A stretch of 64,000 nucleotides of DNA from Yuukianura sp. NJ FZ-2021 (lineage: Eukaryota), in contig CM102287.1 in the NCBI GenBank assembly GCA_046563655.1, positions 2,666,001-2,730,000 of the forward strand, given 5' to 3'. Under the pieces are notes generated by a model that saw only the letters and a program-made list of their open reading frames with translations, made no database searches and was not told the origin of the DNA. Positions 28,701-40,018 of this stretch are shown one piece after another; the first letter of the stretch is position 1; every line of letters begins with the position of its first letter. A program made the position numbers and the translations under genes.

Positions 28701-31700
28701 AATTACGATGTTGTTCGTTCTGAGAACTAAGTTGAAGCCACTTTTGCGTCTCGACATGATCATATATAATAATTCACATCTTGGAACTTTGGACTCCAAG
28801 TGATTGACAGGCAGTATAATCAAAGGCTTTGACTATTCCTCACTTTTGAACACTTTTTCAAAAAATACTCAAACTATACTTTCCTGGCGGCTCAAACCAT
28901 AATCACAAATACTACCCAACTTCTCTCTTTTCAAAAACACAACAAGTAAACACAAACTTTTAAAACAAAGTTTTCAAACAACTTTTTCTGAAAAGGAAAC
29001 CGACCGACGGGTACTTGTGGTGCATAAGGGTTAAGCCAATGCCATCATCATGTCAAGCGACACGTCAAAAAAGTCTCTTCCGACACAATCCAGAACACAC
29101 CTAAAAGTCGCCAACTTTTTCAACAGAAAGTTGTTAAAAGTTTTAAAGATTTGGCAAAGTTGTGTGACTTTTATTGGTTTCGTCTAAAACAACTCAACGA
29201 AATTTCAAATCTTTGATAAAAGTTCTTAGTTCTTTATTGGCAAAAAGAAAAACCGAATAAAACTTTAACTTTTGCTTATTTCTAGTACTAAAATTTTCCT
29301 TTCTAAAACTTAAAAAAAAGTTTCACAAAGGAATTATTGTGTTTTTCCTTTTTCAAAAAACACCCCGACTTAAATTCCCCACTTTTTCGAAAACAGATTT
29401 TAATCTTTAGTAGTAGTAGTTATGGTTAATGTTTAGTTTGAGTGTTGCATGTGCTGCACAAAATAAAGTTTTAGTCCAAATTTCGGTTGATTTTCATCAT
29501 GGAAGTCCCATGGACTTTTTCTTTTTAGTTTTTTTTTGGTAGCCCACAAAAACCTCCCCAAAAAACCTTTGTTTTGGAAGATCGCGTGCAGATTCTGGTC
29601 GACCGGAAGCTGGAAGTGACGTTTCCACGCAACCAGGGTGGACGAAAACCAACATTTTAAACCAACAAAAAGTTGTAACGGACGAAACATATTGAGAGTC
29701 CAGGATGAAATTTAAATTGTCCTTTTTAATAAAAGAGAATTATGAAAATAAAATGAATGTAAACTGATGGATGGGAAGATTAAAATCCCATTGTTGTTCT
29801 TTTTTGGAACAATTTGGCAGAGAGTGGGGTTCGGCCATGGTGGCTTCGGTCCGGTGGACACAATGTTTGGAAATTTCAACCAAAATTCATGGTCCATGTA
29901 CTTTAACTTTTGAATTTTTACTTTTTAGTTTATGAATTTCAAAAAAAAAACTCACCCGTCCTCATTAACTTTGCTCAAACTTCTTCATTTTTCTCCTCCA
30001 TTGTTCCTTTGTCAATCAAATTCAAATTCTCTTACTCATGGCGCAATTCTTTAAAATTGCAACGTGTCAAACGGTGGTGCAACTCAAAATTTCAACTTCA
30101 AAACTTTTAAAATTTAAAAAAAAAAATCAAAAATTTTTAGTTTAAAATTTTGAAACCGTGGGGTGTGCCTTGTCGGACAGTGACTGGGAGTAGGAGTTGG
30201 AGAGGGAACTAAGAAGTTATGTTGTAAAATTAGTTTAAACTTTAAGAACTTTTAGTCGGTGCTAAATCGTGCGTTTGGTTCTGTTTTTTGAAGTTTTGTT
30301 TGTCATGCCTGTGCCTGTTTAGTCTTGGATGTTTTCATGCCTTGTGACAATCATGTCTGCTCTTTCGTCATGCAATTGAGTGCCAAAATCTTAGCATTGT
30401 TCGGACTTTGCATTTCGCTCATCAATTAATTACTCAACTAAAATGCAGGGAGACTCACGAGAGCAATTGAACTCTCCGCTCTTTCCTTCCTTCCGTGTCA
30501 AACGCAGATTCTAGTCTCCACGGAATTCAACCAAAGTTGCACTTTAGTGCAGTTCGAGGGATGCGAAAACGCAATTAAACCAAAATATTAGCCAAAACAC
30601 TTTTCAAATCACACCTCAACCAAACATGCAATAACGTTAAAAATATGCAAAAATTCAAATTTTAAAGCAGTAACAACTGCAATTAGGATTCCGCCTTTCT
30701 AATTTGCACAAAAATCCAAGGAATTTCACAAAACATGAAGATTAAAAGTTCGCGAAAAACTCAACTCCAATTTTTTCTTTGAAACGGGCTTCACTCTTCA
30801 AGTGAATAATAAAAACCACGAAATTCAAAATCAAAATGTTGAAGTTGAAGCAAAATGTTCAACAATTGTGATAAAATTTTGACAGTTTTGTGCCATGTTT
30901 ATGAAAAGGATTCTACCTGGAACTTTGGATTTAGTAGAAATCAGGTGAAAATAAATTTAAAATTGTTGGGCGGCGTGGAAATTAGACATGTGCAGTTTCA
31001 AAAAAACGTTGAAAATATTTTTCATTCATAATTTTTGATATTTTCCCTCATAATTTTGATTTCTGAAGTTGTTTTTGAGTGTTTTGAGGTGGAAATGAGT
31101 GTGAGGAGGGGTTAGAAGTATTGAGTTGTAGCTGGGGGTGTATTCAAAAGTGACCAATTGAAGGGCTAAATTTTACCTTGTTTTTCTCTTTGTTCAAGTT
31201 CCTTTGTGGGAAGTGAACAGTCATTATTTCTCCCATTTGCTACTTGGAGGAACAAGAATAAAATATGATATAAAATAATAATAATATAATAATAAGTCTT
31301 GCTTCAAGAGCCACTTGACGTAATTATAAATAATGACATGGGAAAGGGGCCAATTGTATAGGAGTTACAACAGCCCAAGGTTGAAGCAGAAGCAACTTTA
31401 ATTTAATTGTCAAAGGAACTAATTTTAATTAAACACACCCTTTGTTCTTTTCAATTAACCAACTATCGAATTAAATTAAATTATAATCTCAATTATTTTA
31501 TTATTTAAAACCTTACACTTCATTCTACCTCACTTTAACTTCTTTCAAAGTTTTAGTAATTCATGAAAAGTATCCCATTTCAATCAAGTTTCCGCAGAAA
31601 TTGGAAAATTTGCAACCTGAATTTGGAATTTAGAGTTAATAGTGATTGTATTGTTGGTGAAAAAATGAAGTCAATTTTGATAATGATTTGAGTTGACCTC

Positions 31701-31990
31701 AATTTGGATTTGATTGTTGGTAGTTGATGAAAAAAGGAACAATACAAATGACACAAATTCACATCATTATGCAAACTAACAAAAAGTACTACAAGTAATT
31801 GGACAACAATATTTTTCATATTCCGCAGTAGTTTGTACAAATAATAACCATTTTCTACAAACTACTGCGGAAAGTCGAAGAAATTCTAAAACAAAATAAA
31901 ATTCCAAAAAAAGCGAAACGCCAGTTGAAATTTTAATTCTACGAGATATGATAATTCTCATACGGAGAATGACAGTTTTACAGTTGACAG

Positions 31991-32981
31991 CAGAGTTGGC
32001 AAAACATGTTCCCCCACGTTTTCGCGATGTTTTAATGCGCGAAAACTTTTTTAATTGCAGTAATTTTAAATTGCAGAAAACCCCGAGTTTTAAACGGGGT
32101 CTAAGCGTACGTTAACGGAACGTACGCTTGGGTACGCTTTTGGCCGAAGCTGGTACGGCTTAGAAAACTTACGCGTTAGAATGCATGTCCAAGTTATGAA
32201 TCACATTACCAGAACTGTATCAGAATTAGTATTGCATGTAAATTATCTCATTTATTGTCTTCTATGTTGTTTCACAACGTTTTCACTACATGGTAAAATT
32301 GCTTGGATTAACATTGATTTTGTAATCTTTCAAAATAATTGCCAAAAATGAGACCAAAGATAACTTGTATACCTAAAAAAGTAATTCGGTATCCTGTTTC
32401 GAGGAAGAAACAAACAATCAGTCTAACGCTGTTGTGGATTCATACTTCGGTTCGTCAAAAAATCGGTGAGACAAGTGAGTATACCAAAGACTACGATACA
32501 CAATTTATAATGTAAGCGTTTTAGGTTGAGGCAAACTTTAATAACCGTCATTGCCGCCGCACAGTGTAGCCATTCCCCCATTTTTAGTGGCTACACTGGG
32601 AGGCAACTTATGTCGCCACTTTAGGTAAGATTTTTGTAGGTTAAAGCGGCTACTTCAGTTGCCGCCTAGTGCAGTAGTTTTTTAGAAATCATGAAAAATT
32701 AACTTAGGATTCAAAGCCATGCTATTTATTAGCCGAAAGGGCACGTTATATGCGGTAAAAACGAGCCTTGTCAACAAGATAAAGCGTCAAATCTCAAATT
32801 GTCATGATTTTCATAGCATCAGTATTTTTTTTGCGTGGAAATTTCATATACTCTGAAAAAGTTTTCGCGCATTAAAGTAATACGCGAAAACGTTGGGTTT
32901 TTCAAAAATTGGCGGAACATGTTTTACCCGTTTTTACCCAGGGGGGGTAAAACCTGGGGGGGTGGGTAGCTGCCAACTCTG
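31991..32981. mobile_element. Non-autonomous DNA transposon (MITE-like), probably hAT superfamily
   Basis: Terminal inverted repeats CAGAGTTGGCA / TGCCAACTCTG; exact 8-bp target-site duplication GTTGACAG at 31983-31990 and 32982-32989; subterminal inverted blocks (AAAACATGTTCC, ACGTTTTCGCG, TTTAATGCGCGAAAACTTTTT); no transposase ORF. Confidence 0.88.
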
Positions 32982-33477
32982 GTTGACAGTTTTCGTCTGT
33001 GTAATTTTCCTATGTTCTATCCTATTCCTTGTAATGCTTTTTGTGGGAACCAATCGGAATGCGAGAAAATCTTTAGAGTGAAATACTTGCATCTCTCCAA
33101 TCCCAAATTTTTAACTTTTTATGTGGCGTCCACTTCTTTCCAATTTCATAACTTTAGTTTTTCAAAACAAAATCTTGTTCCAAAAACTGAGTGTCAAAAT
33201 TTATGAAAACTAAAACTGTAATGAATGATTACTTTGATGAGGACTGTGAACCATTACGTAATGTGTAATCTGCTTAATGTGGCCTCAATGCTAAACTGTC
33301 ATCCTCTCATACAAGTTGACCTTTGACCTCGACTTTCAAATGGGATTACTGGAAGCCTTCGAAATGTTAAAATCTCCAAAGCTGAGAGCTAAAACAGAAT
33401 CTTTAGTTTTGCATTTCCTAATTTGGCGGAATCTTAAATTTGTCATTGTACTTAAAAAGTTGTGCTAATCTGGAAAA

Positions 33478-34233
33478 ATGTACGGTACAAACATTGACCC
33501 AACGTTGAGCAAAAGTGATTTCTATGCAGAGCTTTTGACCCAGGTCAAGGTCATCATTGATGCAGAACGGAACTGGGTAAAAAATTCAACTTTCTGAACA
33601 TAATCCTAAAAATTTTCGAAAATCTGAATTTCTTTTTTAGTTTTGTTGTACATTTTAAAGGTGACAAATTTGGCCAACGTTTGTTCCTTAATTTACCATG
33701 GGATGAACTCCCTGGATATTTTTCACGACAAACCAATCAATTGGGTTGGATTTTATGTCGGTGACAGAAGTGATTCAACGTTGCTAAGACTTGGACCGTT
33801 CCAGGGCAAGGTCAGGTCAAAGGTCATCCAAAAATTAACTTAAACAAGATCAATTGATTAATCGATTAATTAACAAAGGTCGCATGTAGTCAAATTCGTG
33901 TTGGAAAAGGAGTGTGTGGCACGGCAGCAGCTACGGGTCAAACGCAAGTCGTTTTTGATGTTCATAAATTTCCAGGTCACATCGCATGTGACTCGGGGTC
34001 AAATTCTGAAATTGTTGTACCGATAGTAACAGTCAACGGATCCAAAAACGTGAGAAAATGCAAAAACTTTCCAAAATTTGAAATTTTCGAATTTTGAAAA
34101 TTTTGCAAAATTTCAGAACGTCATTGGAGTGCTGGACATCGACTGTCTGGTGACTGGAGGCTTTGACCTTGAGGACAAACAAGGTCTGGAGTCAATCTGT
34201 GAAGTAATTGCAGCAGGTTGTGATTGGAATTAG
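33478..34233 (+). CDS. msrC: Free methionine-(R)-sulfoxide reductase (fRMsr/MsrC, stand-alone GAF domain), 178 aa
   Basis: Four exons (33478-33576, 33661-33810, 33879-34049, 34117-34233) with three phase-0 GT-AG introns. The protein carries RNWVTNLAN, INWVGFY, LGPFQGKVAC, GKGVCGTAA, DVHKFPGHIACDSGSNSEIVVP and VLDIDC, and ends AAGCDWN*. All three family cysteines are present; AATAAA at 34244-34249. Confidence 0.93.
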
Positions 34234-34334
34234 TAAAGTTTTGAATAAAGGTCACCGTTTAATTCTAAAGGTCACAGCAGCGAAAAAACTAACTTTTTCT
34301 AGTAATGTTTCTAAAAAAATATTTACGTTAGAGG

Positions 34335-36043
34335 TCAACTATCGTTTTCGTTGGCAATTTTAAGCATATCTTCAACCGTCGTGACCTTTGTGCCTGTTTT
34401 GTGTTCGTACTCGGCAATCCTATGATAATCGGCATAAGAAGTTAGTCGTTTCTTCGGTACTAGACTTCGGACGGCTTCCAATCCTGGACGTTCAATGTGA
34501 TTTCTGTCAGAGGTCAAATCGTTCGCAACTTTTTTGCCTACGTCAAAAGCATTTTGCATAGTAGACAAAATTACGCCTCGCGGTCCTTCTGCCACCCATC
34601 CACAGCAGTAGACTCCTGAAAAGTGAAAGTAGAAAGTAAAATTTTTCAAAATTTTGAAAAAAAAAAATTGAGAATTTTGAAAATGAAGATCTTACCGTCC
34701 TGGACTTTTCCGTTATCATTGGGAATGATGCCTCTGGATTCGTCAAACGGAAGTTCCTGGAAGAGTCTCCTGCCTTTGTATCCGACACTTCGAAAAACAC
34801 AGTCACATTCTTCTGTCTCTCTTTGTCCACTGTCAATTGCTCTTTCGGAAGAGTCGAGCTGATTGACCGCGAAGGTCATCTTGTATCTACTGCTTGATCC
34901 TGGCTCAATTTTGAGTGGGGAGCGTAAGAACTTCATGGACAGAACTCTCTCGGCATCAGCGTTGCTGGTTTGATTCTGAGCAGTTTTATACAAAAGTTCT
35001 GTCAAACGTTTCTTCGGACGCGGTAAGCCTGTTATAAATAAACAAAAACGTTTTCTGTACGTTTTGTGAGAAAGTATGTCTATGTCTACTTACTGGCGAT
35101 GAGATTGTCATTGACTTCATGGAAATCAGCTGGATTCAGAGTCATGTTAACTCCGCTCAAGTTCACAAGTTCTCTGAGTTCCTTTATAGTAAAAGCCACT
35201 TGGAGTGGCCCTCTCCGCCCGTAGATGACGACATCCCTGATTCTGGACTTCGATAAAGCTTCTAAAGCGTAAGTACTAATATCAGTTTTCTGGAGGACGT
35301 CGACTGGAGAGAGCAGGATTCGGGCAATATCAAGAGCAACGTTTCCTTGACCAACGATAAAAGCTCTCTCGGAATGCTCTAGATCGATTTTCAAGTTCCG
35401 ATTTTCTGGAAGACCGTTGTACCATCCTACAAAAGCTCGACCTGGAATGACACATTCGTCTTCTCCAGGTATTCCCAACTTTCTGTCCTCCGATGCTCCG
35501 TAACACTGAAATCAACCAGTAATCGATTAGTTTTAAACAATCAATTAGTTTTAAGTAATCAACTGCAGTTACTTCTGCTTACCAAGACGATAGCATTGTA
35601 CGATTGTTGTAGTTGACCAAACGTAATGTCCTTGCCCACTTCAATGTTGCCGATAAACGATACTCTTGGATTCTTGAGGACGTTGGTGAACGTATTGATG
35701 ACATTTTTGACTTCAGGATGATCTGGAGCTACTCCGTATCTCACTAATCCAAAAGGTACTGGTAGTTTTTCATAAATGTCAACGCGGCTATCCTCCAGAC
35801 TCTAAGTAAAAAGGAAAGGTCATGATTAATCGTAAGTCAATTATCAATTACAATTAGTTATACCTTTATGATTTGTTGTGCAGCGTAGAATCCTGCCGGT
35901 CCACTTCCAATTATACAAACATGGTGAGTTCTTCTGGAACTGTTGACGTAGTTGAGTACTGGAAGTGGTTTGGGTTTTGGACAGAATTGAGAGTATAATC
36001 GTTGTATCCAACTACTGGCAGCTACCGGATTGGATCGAGGCAT
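34335..36043 (-). CDS. FDXR: NADPH:adrenodoxin oxidoreductase, mitochondrial (ferredoxin reductase; dare ortholog)
   Basis: Five exons (36043-35864, 35801-35583, 35505-35094, 35028-34696, 34615-34335). Motifs: [11 protein letters not shown] (FAD), [36 protein letters not shown] (NADP), [38 protein letters not shown]; basic N-terminal transit-like peptide. Confidence 0.95.
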
Positions 36044-36498
36044 TACAGAACTCAATTAAGTTAAGTAAAGTTAATCTACTAAACAAAGTTAATTGAAAAT
36101 TTAATTGAGATTCGGATGAAAACAGCTGAGTCAAATGAGAATTTGACAATCGGAGTTGGAGACACCAGCTGATTTTCACGTGGTATCCAAAAAAGGAAGA
36201 AAAAAATGCGAGCATTTTTATTTCTGCAGATTGAAAAAAAAACTTTTTGAGTTTTATGGAAAATCAGAAATGATTCTGCAATCAGTTTGTATTCATTTTT
36301 ATTCAAAACCAAACAACTAATTGACATTCAGTTGTCAATTCTTCTTTCCTGCATAAAACAGAGTTTTGCAGTTTGTCAGTGGCTAGATCTGACCGGAAAT
36401 GACAAAACGTTGTCACATTTAAAAAGTTGGAGTCCTTTTTGCGAAAGATTGATTCATAATTGATGAGTTATGTTGATCCAGTTTGAGTATGTGTTTCT

Positions 36499-37351
36499 TC
36501 AGATGCCAAATACATAAGAACAGACGAAGAACAACACGAGCGTCGACAATATCAGAACGGATCTGGAAAACTTCTGTCCAGGAACACCAACGCCCTTGGA
36601 AATGTCCTCTCTCACAGCATCTTCCTGGAGAACCTCGATCATCTCAAAAATTCAAAAAGCAAAAACCTTAATTTTCAATTTTAAAACGTTTTCATTTCAA
36701 AAATTTTGAATTTTACCTCTTGAGCAATGACACCAGCTTCTCTGTCCACAGCCTCCGCCAAGTCCTTTTGACCTTCCTCCGTCCTTAGAAAAGCTCCGAT
36801 CGAATCCACTTGAGAATTCCTCTGGAAAAACAAAACGTTTTGTCAACGAACTTCTTTTTACGACATTAAATCGATTCATGATTGATGTTACTGGAGGCTG
36901 TGGAGGTCCATAAGGCGGTTGTTGACCTGGACCTTGACCCGGATACCCCGGTCGTGGCGGTTGACCTTGTCCCGGTGGACCCTAAGATGACAAGATTAAC
37001 TTAACTTTTAACTACATATCTTTAACTTTTAACTTTTTAGCTAACTTTACCGGTGGTGGTCCTCCTTGATACTGATTTGGTGGATAAGGTGGTCGATTTC
37101 CCTGTCCCTGGTAGGAATTCGGTGGACCCCCCGGTGGTCGTCCTCGTGGATCCTGTTGCAAAAATTGCCAAAGGTCAAAGGTCAAACATAAAGTGAAGTT
37201 GAAGACTTACGTTTTGTGGTGGTGGACCTTGTCCAGGACCTGGATAAGGGTTGGGTCTATAAGGTTGTGGTTGTGGTGGATAGCCGTAGCCATTGACAAG
37301 AGACAAAGGCATGGAGAAAACGAGTACTAACAAAATTGGACAGTGCTTCAT
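36499..37351 (-). CDS. Uncharacterised secreted Pro/Gly/Gln/Tyr-rich protein with C-terminal hydrophobic (GPI-signal-like) tail, ~193 aa
   Basis: Five exons, all phase 0 (37351-37211, 37152-37051, 36981-36892, 36821-36717, 36642-36499; the last acceptor is a less common GAG). Signal peptide MKHCPILLVLVFSMPLSLVNG, then ~90 aa of PPQPQPYRP/GPGQGPPP/YQGQG-type repeats, an acidic helical segment, and SVLILSTLVLFFVCSYVFGI*. Confidence 0.8.
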
Positions 37352-37530
37352 TGTTTCGCTACCGAAAAAGACTTGTACGATGTCCAAAATCGCTTTATTT
37401 TTCAAATATGTTAAAATGATCAGCGCAGCAGTTGGAACTTACGATTAGAAAATGCTGGATTTTCAACAACAACAACTTCAAAGACAAGGTTGTTGAGGTG
37501 ACAGCTGAAATTTTCGGGACAAAGAGAGAA

Positions 37531-38599
37531 TCAATGTCGCTTGGATCTCCAGTCAAGTTCTTCGTCGTATTCTTCATCTTCGTCCATCTCTTCGTCTTCA
37601 GTTGTCTTCTTAGGTGCTTGGGATTTGACACCTTTGAGATCTTTCGCTTTCTTTTCCAAGTCCAACACCCTACAAAAAATTTCAGACTTAAAAAAAAAAC
37701 GCAAGTTTTTTTTATTTCAAAAGTTTGCCATTTTACCTTTGCCACTGTGCCATTTGTTCCTCAATTTCGTCTAGTTCTCGAGTGACAGTGGATTCTTCTT
37801 CGTCAACTACTCGCATTGTAGAAGACTTGACCTCCTCCGAAGCAATTTCTTTAACAAAGTTGTCCCATTCTATTTCTTCAGGGTCACGGTACTCCAATCC
37901 TCTAGCTTTGGCGTCCAGTTTTGGATCGTCGAAGAATCCTTCCGGAAGATTTGAAACACCGTTAGAACTACTTCTTGTGGAATTAGTGGCATTGGATGTG
38001 GAGGATCCTTGGACGTCAACTTCCATTCCATTTTGGTCGTCACCGTTGTCCACTACATTTTGAATCTCTAAGGCTCGTGACGTAGTTATTTTTAGAATAG
38101 TGGCTACAGTTGTGTTTTTAGATGAGGTTGCTGGATGTGGTTTTTCCTTGACGTTTCTAGTAGGTACTGCTGCAGGAGCTTTGAATTCCGAAGGAGTCAC
38201 TGGCAGAGGAGCTTGGAACTCAAATTCTTTGGCATCGTTGATACTGGTGTGACTCGAACCAGCCTTGTCCAACGCTTGTTTCTTGGAAGGGGGACTGGAA
38301 TGTTCACTACTGGCTTCCTGTGGTCGCTTCTTAGCCTTTAGCTGTTGAATATTCTCACGGTGTGCACGACCTGGAACAAATAAAGCAAGATTCAGTTTGT
38401 AACCGGTGAAACTCAATCGATAATCGATTAAAGCTAAGATGAACCCAATTGACTTACCATTGATGTGTGCCGTCCATACCATCTCATGCTTTACTTGCTG
38501 ATTGCATAGGACACAAAACAATTGACCAGCGGCATTGTATTTTGCTAAAGGCGAATCAATCTTCGTTTTCTTTGAGGCTTTCAAATCTGTTTTGTTCAT
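37531..38599 (-). CDS. ZNF830: Zinc finger protein 830 (CCDC16) homolog
   Basis: Exons 38599-38458, 38370-37737, 37669-37531. KIDSPLAKYNAAGQLFCVLC..WTAHINGRAH matrin-type finger, LPEGFFDDPKLDAKAR and C-terminal LDWRSK motifs. Confidence 0.92.
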
Positions 38600-39715
38600 C
38601 TTCGGCCTTTTTTATAAGAAGAATCACGTAGGTTATCAAAATTTCGGATCCCGATTTCGGTCTGAAACTAATTAACTGAAATCTAAATGATAATCTTAAG
38701 GAATTCAATTAGTTAATTGTAATTAAACTCAAATTTTAATGCTAAAAAGTTGATTTTCTTGCTTGGATTTTTTTTTATTTTTGATTGTTTTTAATTTCAA
38801 AAAAATATTTTAAGGCTTTTCTCCCGCGCTTTTGAAGTTGCGAAAGTGTCAAGTTCAAAACGACTTTTTACTTTGTGAAGACAATAGCGAAAAATTATCA
38901 TCTGCTTGCTTTTTTTAGTGTGGTTTTTAGCTGCTCCTCCCGTAATCGATTAGTAATTGGTTTAATTAATCAGTCTATTTTAATTGGTTAGTGTTATTGG
39001 CTAAGTGAGATCTCTTGGAGGTGAAGATCGGAACGATTGATCGAAATTTATAAACAAAACTGTCCAAATTCAGAAGGTAAATGAATCTGTCACTAATTTA
39101 ATTAGTAATTACTTTTGGAGAAAAGGAAGTTAATTACTTATTTACTGTAAAACAATTTGTTCTGTTGACTATAAAGATGATCATAGGTCTTGACCATGTT
39201 AATTGCTCAGTGTTCGGGAAGAAGAGATTCATCAATTTTAATTCTTTTCAATTAGATCTTCCTTCAGAGAGGATGGATGAATGGAATAAGTTCCAAACTT
39301 TAATCATTTTGTGACACTTCGCAAATCGCAGTTTCATTAAGTCCAATTGACAAACAAGAGCTAGAGATAAGAGATGACCCATTGACACTCAAAATCCTAT
39401 TATAAATTAGATATCAAATACTACACTACGGATTCCACTAACTCTTCTGATTCATGTTTTTATTGTAATTTCAGAATCAGAAGCCGTTTTCAAGTTCATT
39501 TGATTCATTTAGAAGGACGAAGGAAACTAAACGGACTAACTATGTAATCCCGATAACCACCTTAACTTCATTATAAATACGGAGCAAGGTCAGCATTGAA
39601 GTACTGTCGTCCTTCACCTCTTCACTGAAAAACCTCATCAGCTAATTCTAACGCAGTTCAACTGAAGCTGCAAAGTCAGCGCCTCACACCTCTTCAATTC
39701 GATTTGAATTCCGTC

Positions 39716-40018
39716 ATGGCCAGTTTACTCAACAGATCCTCCGCAATTGTCAAGACTGGAAAATTGATCCAACTTGGAAAATCAATTGTCCCTCCAGCGG
39801 CACAGACTGGACTGAGAGCAAATGTCGGTCGAAACATCGTGTCTAAAGCTAACGGTGCTATGCTTCCTGAACCTCCAAGGAATCCCATGGCACTCGTCGG
39901 TTTCGGCGGAACTGTTCTTGTTGGATTGACACTCGGAGCGACAATTAGCAAGCACATAGCCAGCTTCCTTGAAGAAAACGATCTTTTTGTCCCCTCCGAT
40001 GACGACGATGATGACTAA
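39716..40018 (+). CDS. SMDT1: Essential MCU regulator EMRE (mitochondrial calcium uniporter subunit)
   Basis: Single coding exon, 100 aa: transit-like N-terminus, GAMLPEP, one TM segment (LVGFGGTVLVGLTLGATISK) and the acidic tail FLEENDLFVPSDDDDDD. Divergent from ZNF830; a probable 5'UTR intron spans ~39078-39474. Confidence 0.93.
   Translation: MASLLNRSSAIVKTGKLIQLGKSIVPPAAQTGLRANVGRNIVSKANGAMLPEPPRNPMALVGFGGTVLVGLTLGATISKHIASFLEENDLFVPSDDDDDD

Noticed and set aside
1164..31961. Dozens of 60-130-aa ORFs in spineless introns and upstream DNA
   Set aside because: F/K/L/N-rich translations of AT-rich sequence, often with TTG/GTG starts and no recognisable motif. Only those overlapping the spineless exons are supported.
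38371..38457. ZNF830 ORF reads through an 87-nt stop-free segment
   Set aside because: It has canonical GTAAGT/CAG ends and splits the zinc-finger histidines, so it is best read as an ordinary intron. Nothing indicates functional retention.
38817..38836. E2F/CHR-like motif (TCCCGCGC TTTTGAA) in the ZNF830-EMRE divergent promoter
   Set aside because: TTTGAA is extremely common in this sequence, so the match carries little information.
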